The translations under genes and the position numbers were made by a program. This document shows positions 1 to 10,673 of a stretch of DNA of 64,000 nucleotides, in pieces (position 1 is the first letter of the stretch; the number at the start of each line of letters is the position of its first letter). The DNA is from Minisyncoccota bacterium (GTDB lineage: Bacteria > Patescibacteriota > Minisyncoccia > Phycocordibacterales > UBA2100): contig OZ253947.1 in the NCBI GenBank assembly GCA_965267345.1, positions 138,814 to 202,813 of the forward strand, given 5' to 3'. Below the pieces are notes generated by a model, which worked only from the letters and a program-made list of their open reading frames with translations, was not told the origin of the DNA and did not search any database.

Positions 1-240
1 TCTCTGGTGGACGAGCATCTCACGTTTAATAAATCGTATATTGTAAAGCGTGCTCTGGAAAAAGAAGGGCTGACACTTGAGGGTTCAGTGGGCGTTGGAG
101 ATACAGAGAGCGATATCGCTTTTCTTGAATTGGTCGAAAAGCCAATATGTTTCAATCCAAACAGTCAGCTGTATCGTCATGCTAAACTACAGGGGTGGCA
201 CATTGTCGTAGAACGTAAAGATGTTATCTATGAACTTTAG
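1..240 (+). CDS. HAD-superfamily (IB, phosphoserine phosphatase-like) hydrolase, 3' part
   Basis: Motif IV GDTESD followed by FLELVEKPICFNP; the frame probably starts before the window. Confidence 0.8.
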   Translation, partial: SLVDEHLTFNKSYIVKRALEKEGLTLEGSVGVGDTESDIAFLELVEKPICFNPNSQLYRHAKLQGWHIVVERKDVIYEL

Positions 241-967
241 CTTGGTCCTCTGGGGCATCCTTGCACTCATTGCCGTATACGGAGTGTATGAGTACGTGAA
301 CCTTGCCCGTGCAATCGGTATCGGTAACGAGTTAAGCGAAGCCGCGACAGCTTTTGAGCGTTCGGGCGACTATCCGCACACGATGCTCGTTGTTGGTGAC
401 AGTACAGCGGTGGGGGTTGGTGCACCTGCTGATGCGTCAGTACCGGCGCATATTGCCAAAGAAATTAAAGCGTCAGTTGAAAACTATGCCGTGAGTGGTG
501 CGGTACTTGCTGACGTTGTGACCCAATTTGAGTCCGCACAACGCGAACAATACGATCTGGTGCTCATACAGGCAGGCGCGAACGACATTATACTCTTTAG
601 CGATGCGGCTACCGTGCGAGAAAACATCAGCGCGGTGCTTGAAAACGCGACACAGTACAGTGAGAGGGTTGTACTGCTTACTTCAGGAGATGTTGGCAAA
701 GCGCCAATGTGGCCGTATCCACTCAAGCGCCTCTATACGTATCGCACGCAAAATACTCGGTCAATTATTATGGAGGCCGCACGCGCCTACAGCTCAGTTG
801 CGTACGTTGATCTGTACACAAAACACTTCCCAACGGGAGATGACGCAACGGCGTACTATGCTGCTGACGGCCTACACCTCTCGGGCGCCGGATACGGCGT
901 GTGGGCAGAGCATGTCCGCGACGTCATCGCCGACGCATGGCCTGCACTGTTGAATACGGGCAGGTAG
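230..967 (+). CDS. SGNH/GDSL hydrolase with N-terminal membrane anchor
   Basis: GDSTAVG, GAND and DGLH blocks; hydrophobic N-terminus. Confidence 0.9.
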   Translation: MNFSLVLWGILALIAVYGVYEYVNLARAIGIGNELSEAATAFERSGDYPHTMLVVGDSTAVGVGAPADASVPAHIAKEIKASVENYAVSGAVLADVVTQFESAQREQYDLVLIQAGANDIILFSDAATVRENISAVLENATQYSERVVLLTSGDVGKAPMWPYPLKRLYTYRTQNTRSIIMEAARAYSSVAYVDLYTKHFPTGDDATAYYAADGLHLSGAGYGVWAEHVRDVIADAWPALLNTGR

Positions 968-985
968 ATGCGGTAGTATGTACGT

Positions 986-1237
986 ATGAAAACATTATAT
1001 CGAACCGAAGGGTCTGAGCGGATGATCGCAGGTGTCTTGGGCGGTCTCGGTGTGTATTTTAATGTCGACGCAACCGTACTGCGCCTCGTCTATTTGGCAA
1101 TAACCATTTTCTCAGGTGTGCTCCCGGGCATTATTGTGTACCTCTTCGCCATTGTCATTATGCCGACGCAGTCGCGCGTATCCCGCCCGACAGTAACGGT
1201 AGCTGATGATGACACGTCAAAAGAGAGCACGCGCTAA
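986..1237 (+). CDS. pspC: PspC domain membrane protein
   Basis: LYR..ERMIAGVLGGLGVYFNVDATVLRL...IMP signature. Confidence 0.9.
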   Translation: MKTLYRTEGSERMIAGVLGGLGVYFNVDATVLRLVYLAITIFSGVLPGIIVYLFAIVIMPTQSRVSRPTVTVADDDTSKESTR

Positions 1238-2060
1238 AGCGCTGACACCACAACAGGTGCGTGCATTCCGCCATCGTGTATGGCGCTTTTATCGTGAGCA
1301 TGGGCGTCACACGTTACCGTGGCGAAAGACGACGCATCCGTACCGTGTCTTGGTCTCTGAAGTGATGCTGCAGCAAACGCAGGTTGATCGCGTCATCCCC
1401 AAGTACCGTGCCTTTATACGTGCATTTCCAACTGTCGCAGCGCTGGCACGAGCGCCGCTCGCTGATGTGTTGCGGCTCTGGAGTGGTCTTGGCTACAATC
1501 GACGGGCACGTATGTTACACCGTGCAGCACAGGTGGTGTGCCGTGACTATGCGGGGCGCATACCTAAGGACTATGAAGGCCTCCTGCAGTTACCGGGCGT
1601 GGGGTCGTATACCGCAGCGGCGGTCTGCGTGTTTGCCTACAATGCACCGATGACTATGATCGAGACGAACATTCGCAGTGTCTTTTTACACGAGTTTTTC
1701 GCCAAAGCCAGTGCAATTGCCGATCATGATATCGCCCCGCTCATTGCACAAACGCTTCCGCAACGGCGGGCACGAGAGTGGTACGCAGCGCTCATGGACT
1801 ACGGTACGTACATAAAAAAGCACACACCCAATCCAAGTCGCCGGAGTGCGCACCACACACGGCAGCGTCCGTTTCGCGGCTCGCGCCGCGAAGTACGCGG
1901 TGCAGTGGTCCGTGCGCTCCTGCAGGCATCACAGACAGCGAGGCAGCTCGTACGTGACACCGGTTTTCCCGCTGAACGTGTTACCGATGCACTTGCCGGT
2001 CTCGAGAAAGACGGTTTGGTGTATCGCAGCGGTACGCGATGGGCGCTCGTCGCTGATTAA
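1206..2060 (+). CDS. mutY: A/G-specific adenine glycosylase (MutY-like HhH-GPD), short form without Fe-S cysteines
   Basis: LPWR, VSEVMLQQTQV, WSGLGYNRRA, LPGVGSYTA, ALMDYG. Confidence 0.88.
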   Translation: MMTRQKRARAKALTPQQVRAFRHRVWRFYREHGRHTLPWRKTTHPYRVLVSEVMLQQTQVDRVIPKYRAFIRAFPTVAALARAPLADVLRLWSGLGYNRRARMLHRAAQVVCRDYAGRIPKDYEGLLQLPGVGSYTAAAVCVFAYNAPMTMIETNIRSVFLHEFFAKASAIADHDIAPLIAQTLPQRRAREWYAALMDYGTYIKKHTPNPSRRSAHHTRQRPFRGSRREVRGAVVRALLQASQTARQLVRDTGFPAERVTDALAGLEKDGLVYRSGTRWALVAD

Positions 2061-3907
2061 ACACCGACGATAACGGGAATGACAATCGGATTCTTATGCG
2101 TTCGCTGTACGAGGAATTGCGAAACGACATCAGTGAGTTCATTTTTTACGGCGTCGATATCGGTACGACGTGATCCACGCATGCCATTCTCAACTGTTTT
2201 CTTGATGATTAGTCGCGTTTGTCCTAGCAGCTCTTGCGATTCGCGTAAGTAGATGAAGCCGCGTGAAATAATATCAGGTGATTTGCGCAGTTTGCCGGTG
2301 CGCAGATTTACCGTTGCAACAATGACAAAAATGCCGTCCTGTGCAAGTGTTTGACGATCTTTGATGACCGCTTCCTGCACATCGCGCACGTGCAGTCCTT
2401 CAACAACACGCATGGTCATCGGTGCTTTCTCAAGGAGACGCACCAAGGTTTCTCCCTTGTCGCGAATTTCAACGATCGTACCGTTGTCGGGAATGACGAT
2501 ATCTTCAGGTGCGAGTCCGCACGCTTCTTGTATGAGTGCGCCGTGTCCGCGAAGCATGTAGTGGTAGCCGTGCTGTGGAATAAAGAATTTTGGGCGAATT
2601 TGCTCGTGAATCCACTTTGCCTCTTCAGCATTTCCGTGACCTGAGGCGTGCACGTCACTTGTCTCGTACGTCAGAATATGTGGTCCTTGTCGTGCGATTT
2701 TGTCCTTCAGTGACTGCACTGCTCGTTCGTTGCCGGGAATCACCGATGATGAGAGCACAATGGTGTCTTGCGGTGTGAGCTTTACAAAGCGATGCATTTT
2801 GTTTGCCATGCGCATCAATGCGGCGTAGGCGTCACCTTGAGCGCCGGTGGCGAGAATGATGATTTTGCTTTCAGGATAGTCACTCATTTGTTCAGAAGTA
2901 ATCATCGTTCCTTTCTTTGGCTTGAGCAGTCCGAGCTCCATGGCGATATCGAGATTGTTCTTCATGCTGCGTCCTTCCACGACAACTTTTTTGCCGTTTT
3001 TCTCAGCAATCTCGATAATCTTGATAACGCGCTCTACCTGTGAGGCAAAGGTGCCGATAATCATGCGGTGTTTCGCTTCGGCAATAATTGTCTCAAAGGT
3101 CTCGAAGACGCGGTGTTCGGGGATAGACCATCCCGGACGACCCGTGTTAGTGGAGTCCATGAGCAAACAGAGGACTTTTTCGTCATTGAAGACACTAAAG
3201 TTCTCGATTTCATGCTTATGTACCGCGCCGTCGGTGTGATCGAGTTTGATGTCACCTGTGAATACAACGCTGCCGAATTTAGTGCGGATGATGACGCCCA
3301 TTGAGTCAGGAATGGTGTGGGTCACATTGAAGAAACCGAGCTCAAAACCGCCCACCTTTATTTTGTCACCAGGTTCGACGTCGCGCAGGTCAAGCGCAGG
3401 CAAGTGCGGGAACTCAGTCTGGCGTTTTTTCACCATTACTGACGTGAAGTTGTGTGTATAGATCGGCGGATTACCGATGCGGTCAATGATGTAGGGGATG
3501 CCACCGATGTGATCGAGGTGGCCGTGCGTGAGCACCATACCTTTAATTTTGTGCTTGCGCTCTTCAAGGTACTGCGTGTTCGGCAAGATGTAGTCAACAC
3601 CAGGTGTGTTTTCCTCTTGGAACATGAAACCACAGTCAACGACAATAATTTCATCGTTCAACTCAACGAGACTCATGTTGCGGCCGACCTCTTCCACACC
3701 GCCGAGCGGAATGATGCGGATTGTGTCCGGTGCGAGTTCCGGAATGACATCGTCCTTTTTGCGTGCATGCGGACGATCAAGTGTCAGTGGGCGACGGCGT
3801 ACACCGCGACCAGCGCGCTTACGTTTCGTACCGGCAGTTTTTCGTGCCGTGCCGTTTCGGGTGCCGCTGCGCCCAGCTGTGCGTTTTTTAGGTTGTTCTG
3901 AAGCCAT
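2057..3907 (-). CDS. rnj: Ribonuclease J
   Basis: PLGGVEEVGRN, THGHLDHIG, HASGH motifs. Confidence 0.96.
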   Translation of the reverse strand: MASEQPKKRTAGRSGTRNGTARKTAGTKRKRAGRGVRRRPLTLDRPHARKKDDVIPELAPDTIRIIPLGGVEEVGRNMSLVELNDEIIVVDCGFMFQEENTPGVDYILPNTQYLEERKHKIKGMVLTHGHLDHIGGIPYIIDRIGNPPIYTHNFTSVMVKKRQTEFPHLPALDLRDVEPGDKIKVGGFELGFFNVTHTIPDSMGVIIRTKFGSVVFTGDIKLDHTDGAVHKHEIENFSVFNDEKVLCLLMDSTNTGRPGWSIPEHRVFETFETIIAEAKHRMIIGTFASQVERVIKIIEIAEKNGKKVVVEGRSMKNNLDIAMELGLLKPKKGTMITSEQMSDYPESKIIILATGAQGDAYAALMRMANKMHRFVKLTPQDTIVLSSSVIPGNERAVQSLKDKIARQGPHILTYETSDVHASGHGNAEEAKWIHEQIRPKFFIPQHGYHYMLRGHGALIQEACGLAPEDIVIPDNGTIVEIRDKGETLVRLLEKAPMTMRVVEGLHVRDVQEAVIKDRQTLAQDGIFVIVATVNLRTGKLRKSPDIISRGFIYLRESQELLGQTRLIIKKTVENGMRGSRRTDIDAVKNELTDVVSQFLVQRTHKNPIVIPVIVGV

Positions 3908-3950
3908 AATTTGTTACGTCGGTTAGTAATGTACTACTGCTAATAATGAA

Positions 3951-5717
3951 TTACTTAAAGAAGTGCCACACACGCTCGGTCTGTGTATGCCATGTATGCA
4001 CATCAGCGAAGCGTTCACTCGGTGTGGTGACGAGTCCGGCGTCAATGCCGTGCATGCGTGTGGGAACAAGGTACAAAAAGTCGGGTGAGTAGAGGAATAT
4101 CGCGGGAACGTCCGCACGGATCTCTTCTTCAAATGCGCGATACAGTTCGTCACGCTCATCGGTATCGGACAGCGTGCGCGCGTCTGCTAGAAGATCGTCA
4201 GCGGTGGTATTAGTATACAGTGCAATGTTAAGCCCCGGATCATCCCGCTGTGATGAGTGCCAGAAGGCAAACAGGTCCAGCTCGCGACCAATGACCTCAC
4301 CGAACAGCAGCGCCTCGTAGTCGCGTGGACGAATGATGCTCTGGTTCAGCTCACCTGTTTCAAAAATACTGACGCGCACCGGAATGCCGGCTTCACGCCA
4401 CATCTGTGTGGCGAGTTGTGCCGCCGCTTTCAGTTCAGGCGTGTTCGCGGTGGCAATTGAGAATGACAGAATCTGTTCGCCGTCAGTCCACTGGTTCAGG
4501 TCAGTATCAAACTCCCAACCGGCATCTTCAAGGATAGCGCGTGCCTGCGCTTGGCGTTCTTCTGTCGTACGCGTGTCTGTGGGCGCTTCATACTGTCCCT
4601 CAACTGTTTCGGGCGGGAGGGGTGAGTCAATCACCGTGCCGTAGCTGTTGAGTACCTCGTCAATGATTGCCTGCTTATCAATGAGCACAGTGAGTGCCTC
4701 ACGTACGGCACGGTCGGTAAAGATGTGGTTTTGGTTCTGATTGAAAAATACGGCAAAAATACGCGGGAAGGTTGCGCGTATCAGGCGACTATCATCGTCA
4801 ACGATGGTGTTCATTGATGCTGACGAGAGTGCGCTCAAGCTCTCGACGGCGCCCTGTGTGTAGGCGCGCACGAGGTCCTCCTCATTTGCATAGAAGTGAA
4901 TAAAGAGGGTATCGATATACGGCTGCCCGAGGGTGTACTGGCGATACGCAGATAGTTCGTATCGCGTTGGAATGCCTGCACCGTTGTAGGTGATGTCGTG
5001 GAGGGTAAACGGGCCCGCACCAATAGGTTGTGTGTTAAATGTGCTAAAGGGAAATTCCTGTGATGAGACGTTAATCCATATGTGGCGCGGCAAGATGCCC
5101 ATTGTCGTATTTTCGAGGAACGGCGCATAGGGTTGATCGAGCACGAAGCGTACGGTGCGATCGTCAACGCGTTCCACTGTGACGCCGTCCCAGTCGGCAC
5201 GACGAGGGCTCTTGAGCGCATTATCTTGTGCCGCTTCAACAGTAAAGATAATGTCGTCGGCAGTGACGGCAACACCATCGTGGAATCGGGCGTCATCGCG
5301 CAGTACGAAGGTATACTCGGTACCGTCTTCTGAGATGGTGTATCGTTCAGCCAGATCGGGTACTAACTCACCGCTCGCGGTTGGGCGCGTCAGTCCGGCA
5401 TAGATGAGTGCTGAAAGATCGCGGTCGGTATCTGAAATGGCAAGGAGCGGGTTAATGAAGCGCGGTGCACCGATGACGCCTTCGTGGAGTGTTCCGCCAC
5501 GTACCGGCACTTGTGTCGTCGCATACGTATTGAGCGATACAAATACCGCGAAGCTACTGACACTAACCGCTGCAACCAGCAGCCAAAACAGCACTTTCTC
5601 TGCAGGCGAGAGTGTAGCGACAATGCGATCGAGTACGTGCGCCTTTGGCAACATGCGCCACTGGCGTACACGAGCGAACAAACGCAGACCTGATTGTGGG
5701 TTCTCGTGATGAGTCAT
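3951..5717 (-). CDS. Peptide/nickel ABC transporter substrate-binding protein (family 5) with N-terminal TM
   Basis: PDLAERYTISEDGTEYTFVLR..FHDG..VTADD and PIGAGPF; start codon uncertain. Confidence 0.9.
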   Translation of the reverse strand: MTHHENPQSGLRLFARVRQWRMLPKAHVLDRIVATLSPAEKVLFWLLVAAVSVSSFAVFVSLNTYATTQVPVRGGTLHEGVIGAPRFINPLLAISDTDRDLSALIYAGLTRPTASGELVPDLAERYTISEDGTEYTFVLRDDARFHDGVAVTADDIIFTVEAAQDNALKSPRRADWDGVTVERVDDRTVRFVLDQPYAPFLENTTMGILPRHIWINVSSQEFPFSTFNTQPIGAGPFTLHDITYNGAGIPTRYELSAYRQYTLGQPYIDTLFIHFYANEEDLVRAYTQGAVESLSALSSASMNTIVDDDSRLIRATFPRIFAVFFNQNQNHIFTDRAVREALTVLIDKQAIIDEVLNSYGTVIDSPLPPETVEGQYEAPTDTRTTEERQAQARAILEDAGWEFDTDLNQWTDGEQILSFSIATANTPELKAAAQLATQMWREAGIPVRVSIFETGELNQSIIRPRDYEALLFGEVIGRELDLFAFWHSSQRDDPGLNIALYTNTTADDLLADARTLSDTDERDELYRAFEEEIRADVPAIFLYSPDFLYLVPTRMHGIDAGLVTTPSERFADVHTWHTQTERVWHFFK

Positions 5718-5789
5718 ATGTACGGGGAGCATTAACGTACCGCGTGTGTGTACGCGTGCCGTACGCACGTCGCACACACGCCGGCAGCG

Positions 5790-6023
5790 TTACGATACAA
5801 GGAGATTGAGCAGTGCGGTGCCGGCGAAGAGTACACCGAGTACGATCGTCACATAAAAGAGCGTACGCTCCATGCCGCGACGTGTGTGAAAGCCCGAACT
5901 GAAGTTGTCCGCACCAAACGCTCCGCCAAGTCCCGAACCAGTCTGCTGAAGCAGAATAGTCACGATAAGCAGAATGGAGAGCGCAATCTGAATGTATGGC
6001 AATATGCCAACTAATGCTTCCAT
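5790..6023 (-). CDS. secG: Preprotein translocase subunit SecG
   Basis: Two TM helices around ILLQ..GSGLGGAFG...RRGMERTL. Confidence 0.93.
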   Translation of the reverse strand: MEALVGILPYIQIALSILLIVTILLQQTGSGLGGAFGADNFSSGFHTRRGMERTLFYVTIVLGVLFAGTALLNLLVS

Positions 6024-6193
6024 GTGCAGCGAGTATACCAATGCTGCGCTAAATGACAAGCGCGCGACTGTGTTTTGTGAGATTTTGCATTGGGGTGTCT
6101 TTGGTTTTATACTAACCACACTTTGCGTGTGTGCTCGCTCTGCGCGTGTATGCACGCAGCATTTACGAGAATAGCCTAGACAAAAAAACAGCT

Positions 6194-6472
6194 ATGGCAA
6201 AAACGAATGTGAAGCCACTGGGGGACCGCGTGCTCGTCACGCCGATTCAGGAGGACATAACGTCGCCTGCGGGTATTATCATTCCTGATACGGCACAGCG
6301 CGAGAAGCCCAAACAGGGGAAAGTTGTTGCTGTCGGAGAGCTGAAAGAGGTGACGGACATTACGGTAGGCGACACAGTACTCTTCAGTGATTTTGGTTTT
6401 GATACCGTAAAGGTAGGTGATACGGAATACTACATTATTCGCAGCGAAAACCTGTTAGCAGTTGTTAAATAA
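6194..6472 (+). CDS. groES: Co-chaperonin GroES
   Basis: KPLGDRVLV, GIIIPDTA, GKVVAVG. Confidence 0.97.
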   Translation: MAKTNVKPLGDRVLVTPIQEDITSPAGIIIPDTAQREKPKQGKVVAVGELKEVTDITVGDTVLFSDFGFDTVKVGDTEYYIIRSENLLAVVK

Positions 6473-6479
6473 GAAACGT

Positions 6480-8135
6480 ATGGCAGCAAAAAAAGTACTG
6501 TTCAATCACAAGGTGCGTGCGGCGCTGAAGCGCGGTGTTGACACGGTTGCCGATGCGGTACGCGTTACACTCGGCCCACGCGGACGTAATGTGGCACTTG
6601 CCAAAGGATTTGGCGGACCAACCATCACCAACGACGGTGTTTCGATCGCAAAAGAAATTGAGCTTGCTGACCCCTTTGAAAATATGGGGGCAGAGGTCAT
6701 CAAGGAAGTTGCCAGCAAAACGAATGACAAAGCAGGTGACGGTACCACCACCGCAATGGTACTCACCAGTGCAATCATCACCGAAGGCTTTAAACGAACG
6801 GCCATGGGCGCGAATGCAACCGTGGTGCGCCGCGGCATTGAAGCTGCAGCACGAGACGCCGTTGCTGAATTGCAGTCACTCGCCAAGCAGGTAAAGGGGA
6901 AAGAAGAGATTCGCAATGTGGCGAAAATTTCCGCCGAATCCGATCGTCTCGGTAAGGAAATTGCTGACACCATTGAAAAAGTCGGGAAAGACGGCGTGGT
7001 GACGGTTGAGGAATCGCAATCACTCGGTATTGAATCAGAGGTAGTCGAAGGACTCGAATTCGACCGCGGCTACGTGTCACCGTATATGGTGACCAACTCA
7101 GAGCGCATGGAGGCAGAGATGAAAGATGCAGCGATTCTGGTTACCGACAAAAAGATCTCAAGCGTGCAGGAGATTCTGCCGCTGCTTGAGAAACTGGCGC
7201 AAACCGGCAAGAAAGAGCTCACCATCATTGCTGATGATGTGGAAGGCGAGGCACTCGCGACATTTGTCGTGAACAAATTGCGCGGGGCGTTTACCGTACT
7301 GGCAGTGAAAGCCCCCGGGTACGGTGACCGCAAGAAAGAAATACTTGCCGACATCGCAACGGTTGTTGGCGCCGATGTCGTGTCGGAAGATCTTGGACGA
7401 AAGCTCGAAGAAGTCGACATGGCGGTACTGGGACGCGCGAGTCGCGTTGTGGCACGAAAAGACACAACCGTGATCGTTGGCGGTAAGGGCAAAAAGGCAG
7501 ATGTGCAGTCGCGCGTTGCGCAAATGCGTGCACAGCTTGCCAACACCGACTCGAAATACGATCGTGAAAAAATTGAGGAGCGCATTGCCAAGCTCAGCGG
7601 TGGTGTGGCAGTCATTCGCGTTGGTGCAGCAACGGAGACAGAAATGAAGTACCTCAAGGACAAGATTGAGGATGCCGTGAATGCAACCAAGGCAGCCATC
7701 GAAGAGGGTATCGTACCCGGTGGTGGTACCGCGCTGGTCAAGGTTGCCGCAAAACTCAGCAAGAGTAAGCACATGAACACACACGACGAGTTTTCAATCG
7801 GCTACCGCATTGTGGTTGACGCACTGCGCGCGCCGCTGACGCAGATTGTGACCAACGCCGGTCGCGATGACGCACAGGTCATTTTGCGTGAGATCGTAAG
7901 CAAGGGCGGCAACTACGGCTTTGATGCGTCCAGTGAAGACCACGAGGCACGCATCATTGACATGCTCGCCGAAGGCATTATTGATCCGGTGAAAGTGACC
8001 CGTAGTGGTATTGAAAATGCAGCGAGCGCGGCGGCTGTACTCCTCACGACTGAAGCAGCTGTGGCTGAAGATCCTGACGAAAAGGAGGAGCCACCTGCAA
8101 TGCCAGCCGGCGGCGGCATGCCCGGCATGATGTAG
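6480..8135 (+). CDS. groEL: Chaperonin GroEL
   Basis: TLGPRGRNV, AGDGTTTA, GGM-type tail. Confidence 0.99.
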   Translation: MAAKKVLFNHKVRAALKRGVDTVADAVRVTLGPRGRNVALAKGFGGPTITNDGVSIAKEIELADPFENMGAEVIKEVASKTNDKAGDGTTTAMVLTSAIITEGFKRTAMGANATVVRRGIEAAARDAVAELQSLAKQVKGKEEIRNVAKISAESDRLGKEIADTIEKVGKDGVVTVEESQSLGIESEVVEGLEFDRGYVSPYMVTNSERMEAEMKDAAILVTDKKISSVQEILPLLEKLAQTGKKELTIIADDVEGEALATFVVNKLRGAFTVLAVKAPGYGDRKKEILADIATVVGADVVSEDLGRKLEEVDMAVLGRASRVVARKDTTVIVGGKGKKADVQSRVAQMRAQLANTDSKYDREKIEERIAKLSGGVAVIRVGAATETEMKYLKDKIEDAVNATKAAIEEGIVPGGGTALVKVAAKLSKSKHMNTHDEFSIGYRIVVDALRAPLTQIVTNAGRDDAQVILREIVSKGGNYGFDASSEDHEARIIDMLAEGIIDPVKVTRSGIENAASAAAVLLTTEAAVAEDPDEKEEPPAMPAGGGMPGMM

Positions 8136-8221
8136 TAGCACTGGCTACTCGATTCGCAAACGTCGCTCACTCCCGAGCGACTTTTGCATTTTCGGGGCGG
8201 TTTGCTATAGTGCTGCGCATT

Positions 8222-8866
8222 ATGGCAGTACAACTGAATGTAGCACCGCGCGATCCGAAGGTGAGCGCCCAAAAACTCCGCGATGAGGGGAAACTCGTTG
8301 GTGTCTTTTACGGTCCTAAGGAGGAGGCAACACCGGTGACAATTGACATGCCTGAATTCCTCCGTGTCTGGAATGATGCCGGCGGTTCGACTATTGTTGA
8401 CTTGGTTGGCATTGGTGACGACAAAGAAGTATTGATCCACGAAGTAGATGTCCACCCCGTGACTGAAAAACCGCAGCATGTCGACTTCTACTGCATCGAG
8501 CGCGGTAAAAAGCTCACGGTCTCAGTACCGTTGGTCTTTACCGGCACGGCACCTGCAGAAAAGCAGGGTGGTATTGTGGTCAAAGCACTGCACGAACTTG
8601 AGATTGAGGTACGCCCACGCGACATCCCACACGAAATTGAGGTTGACTTGAGCACTTTGACTGAACTCGACAGCAGCATCACAGTCGGTGATCTGCGCCT
8701 TGGTGAAGGTGTTGAGCCAACTGCCGAGGCTGAGGAAACGGTTGCCTCAATTACCGAAGCGAAGGACGAACCTGAAGAGGAAGAAGAGCGCGACATCTCC
8801 GACGTCGAAATTGAAGGCGAGAAACCCGACGAAGACACAAACGAGGAATCTACAGAAGATGAGTAA
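8222..8866 (+). CDS. rplY: 50S ribosomal protein L25/Ctc with acidic tail
   Basis: HPVTEKPQHVDFY, Ctc C-terminal domain IPHEIEVDLS. Confidence 0.93.
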   Translation: MAVQLNVAPRDPKVSAQKLRDEGKLVGVFYGPKEEATPVTIDMPEFLRVWNDAGGSTIVDLVGIGDDKEVLIHEVDVHPVTEKPQHVDFYCIERGKKLTVSVPLVFTGTAPAEKQGGIVVKALHELEIEVRPRDIPHEIEVDLSTLTELDSSITVGDLRLGEGVEPTAEAEETVASITEAKDEPEEEEERDISDVEIEGEKPDEDTNEESTEDE

Positions 8867-8891
8867 GAAGACGCCCCACGGGGCGTCTTTT
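8867..8891. terminator. Hairpin terminator after rplY
   Basis: AAGACGCCCC-AC-GGGGCGTCTTTT. Confidence 0.65.
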
Positions 8892-8908
8892 GCTATACTA
8901 GTACGCAC

Positions 8909-10255
8909 ATGATTCGTCTTCGCGACACAGTGTTCATTTTTGTCTGTGCCATTGCGCTCTGCGCCGGTGGGGTGAGTATGGCCCATGCCGAAACTGACGT
9001 TGAGCGCCGTGCGCGGCTGCAGGCGCAGCTCGACCAGCTCGACAAAGAAATTGCCGGCCTTGAGGTTGTGAAAGGAGAGGTCGCAAAAGAACGACAGACG
9101 CTCGAGCGCGATATCTCACTCCTTGATGCTGAAATTGAAAAAGCGCAGCTGGCGATTCGGCGTCGTGATCTCACCATTGAGCAGATTATCGACAACATCC
9201 ACGATCGCGAAGAGGCTATGCAGGCACTCGACGAAAAACTGCGTCGCGAAAAAGCATCACTGGCGCAGCTCTTGCGACGCACGAACGAAATTGACGACAT
9301 GAGCTTTGCCGAGATGGTACTGGGAGGAGATGATCTCTCTGATGTATTTGAAGACATTGATGCATTTGAGTCGGTGAAGTTGTCACTGACAAATTCATTC
9401 GAGCACATTGCCGAGACACGCGTCTCAATTCGTCGCCAGCGCGATGCACTTGAAAAAGAGCACATTGAAGAAGAGCAACTGCGCAAGCTCCAAGAGCTCG
9501 AGAAGCAGAAGGTGGAAGAGCGCAAGGGCGAGAAGAACACTATTCTTGAAGTAACCAAGGGCGAAGAAGAAACGTATCAGGCACTCATTAGTGAAAAACG
9601 TCAGACCGCAGCCGAAATTCGCTCAGCACTCTTTGCCTTGCGTGACACAGCTGCTATTCCGTTTGGTGACGCCTATGACTTTGCAAAAGAAGCAAGTGCA
9701 AAAACGGGTGTTCGTCCGGCCTTGATCCTCGCGATTTTGAAACAAGAAACGAACCTTGGTGAAAATGTGGGGCAGTGTCTGCTCACCAACTCACCAAACA
9801 AAGGTGATGGTAAAGGGGCAAACACGGGACGCTTTTTCTCACAGGTCATGAAGGGGTCTCGCGACGTCGATCCGTTCATCGCCATTACTGCAGAACTTGG
9901 GCTTGACCCATACAGTCAGGTGGTGTCGTGTCCGCCAGGATACGGTTATGGTGGCGCGATGGGGCCCGCACAATTTATTCCGTCGACGTGGGTACTGTAC
10001 AAAGATCGCCTCGGAAAGGTTACGGGACAGAATCCGCCGAACCCATGGGAGCCACGGACGGCGATCTTTGCCACGGCACTGCTCATGGAAGACAACGGCG
10101 CTGATGGCGGTACGTATGCGTCTGAAAAACTCGCGGCGCTTCGCTACTTTGCAGGATGGGCAAACGCACGCGATCCTGACTATGACTTCTACGGTAGGAG
10201 TGTTATGGAGCTTGCAGACGATTTCCAACGCCAGATTGACATTTTGGAAGGCTAA
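8909..10255 (+). CDS. Secreted coiled-coil protein with C-terminal lytic murein transglycosylase domain
   Basis: Signal peptide ending AHA, long coiled coil, then ILKQETNLG and GAMGPAQFIPSTW. Confidence 0.85.
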   Translation: MIRLRDTVFIFVCAIALCAGGVSMAHAETDVERRARLQAQLDQLDKEIAGLEVVKGEVAKERQTLERDISLLDAEIEKAQLAIRRRDLTIEQIIDNIHDREEAMQALDEKLRREKASLAQLLRRTNEIDDMSFAEMVLGGDDLSDVFEDIDAFESVKLSLTNSFEHIAETRVSIRRQRDALEKEHIEEEQLRKLQELEKQKVEERKGEKNTILEVTKGEEETYQALISEKRQTAAEIRSALFALRDTAAIPFGDAYDFAKEASAKTGVRPALILAILKQETNLGENVGQCLLTNSPNKGDGKGANTGRFFSQVMKGSRDVDPFIAITAELGLDPYSQVVSCPPGYGYGGAMGPAQFIPSTWVLYKDRLGKVTGQNPPNPWEPRTAIFATALLMEDNGADGGTYASEKLAALRYFAGWANARDPDYDFYGRSVMELADDFQRQIDILEG

Positions 10256-10256
10256 G

Positions 10257-10288
10257 AAACCGCTATTTTGACGTCAAAATAGCGGTTT
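10257..10288. terminator. 32 bp perfect palindrome, probable terminator
   Basis: AAACCGCTATTTTGAC|GTCAAAATAGCGGTTT directly after the stop codon. Confidence 0.6.
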
Positions 10289-10338
10289 ACCGCTTGCAGT
10301 CATTGCTTTTTTAACCGTCTAAGGTATACTCGGCACCC

Positions 10339-10599
10339 ATGAAAAAGGATATTCATCCAGACAATTACCGACCCGTACTCTTCGTCGACAATGCGTCAGG
10401 AGAGGAGTTTTTGCTGTGGTCAACCGTTGCCACCGACGAAACAGGAACCTTTGACGGAAAGGAGTATCCACTCTATCGCGTTGAGATCTCAAGTGCGTCA
10501 CACCCATTTTACACCGGTGTTAAGACGACTATCGACACCGCAGGACGTGTTGAGAAGTTCAAGGCACGCCGTCAGGCAGCTCAAAAAGACGCTCAGTAA
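10339..10599 (+). CDS. rpmE2: 50S ribosomal protein L31 type B
   Basis: [26 protein letters not shown]; no Zn-binding cysteines. Confidence 0.95.
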   Translation: MKKDIHPDNYRPVLFVDNASGEEFLLWSTVATDETGTFDGKEYPLYRVEISSASHPFYTGVKTTIDTAGRVEKFKARRQAAQKDAQ

Positions 10600-10673
10600 C
10601 CGATGTATAGCTACGACGCCCGCTGTTCTTGCAGAGCGGGCGTCGTGTCTGCATGCTAAGCTACTACAAGCCT

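Noticed and set aside
6030-6193. CIRCE element upstream of groES
   Set aside because: No TTAGCACTC-N9-GAGTGCTAA match seen
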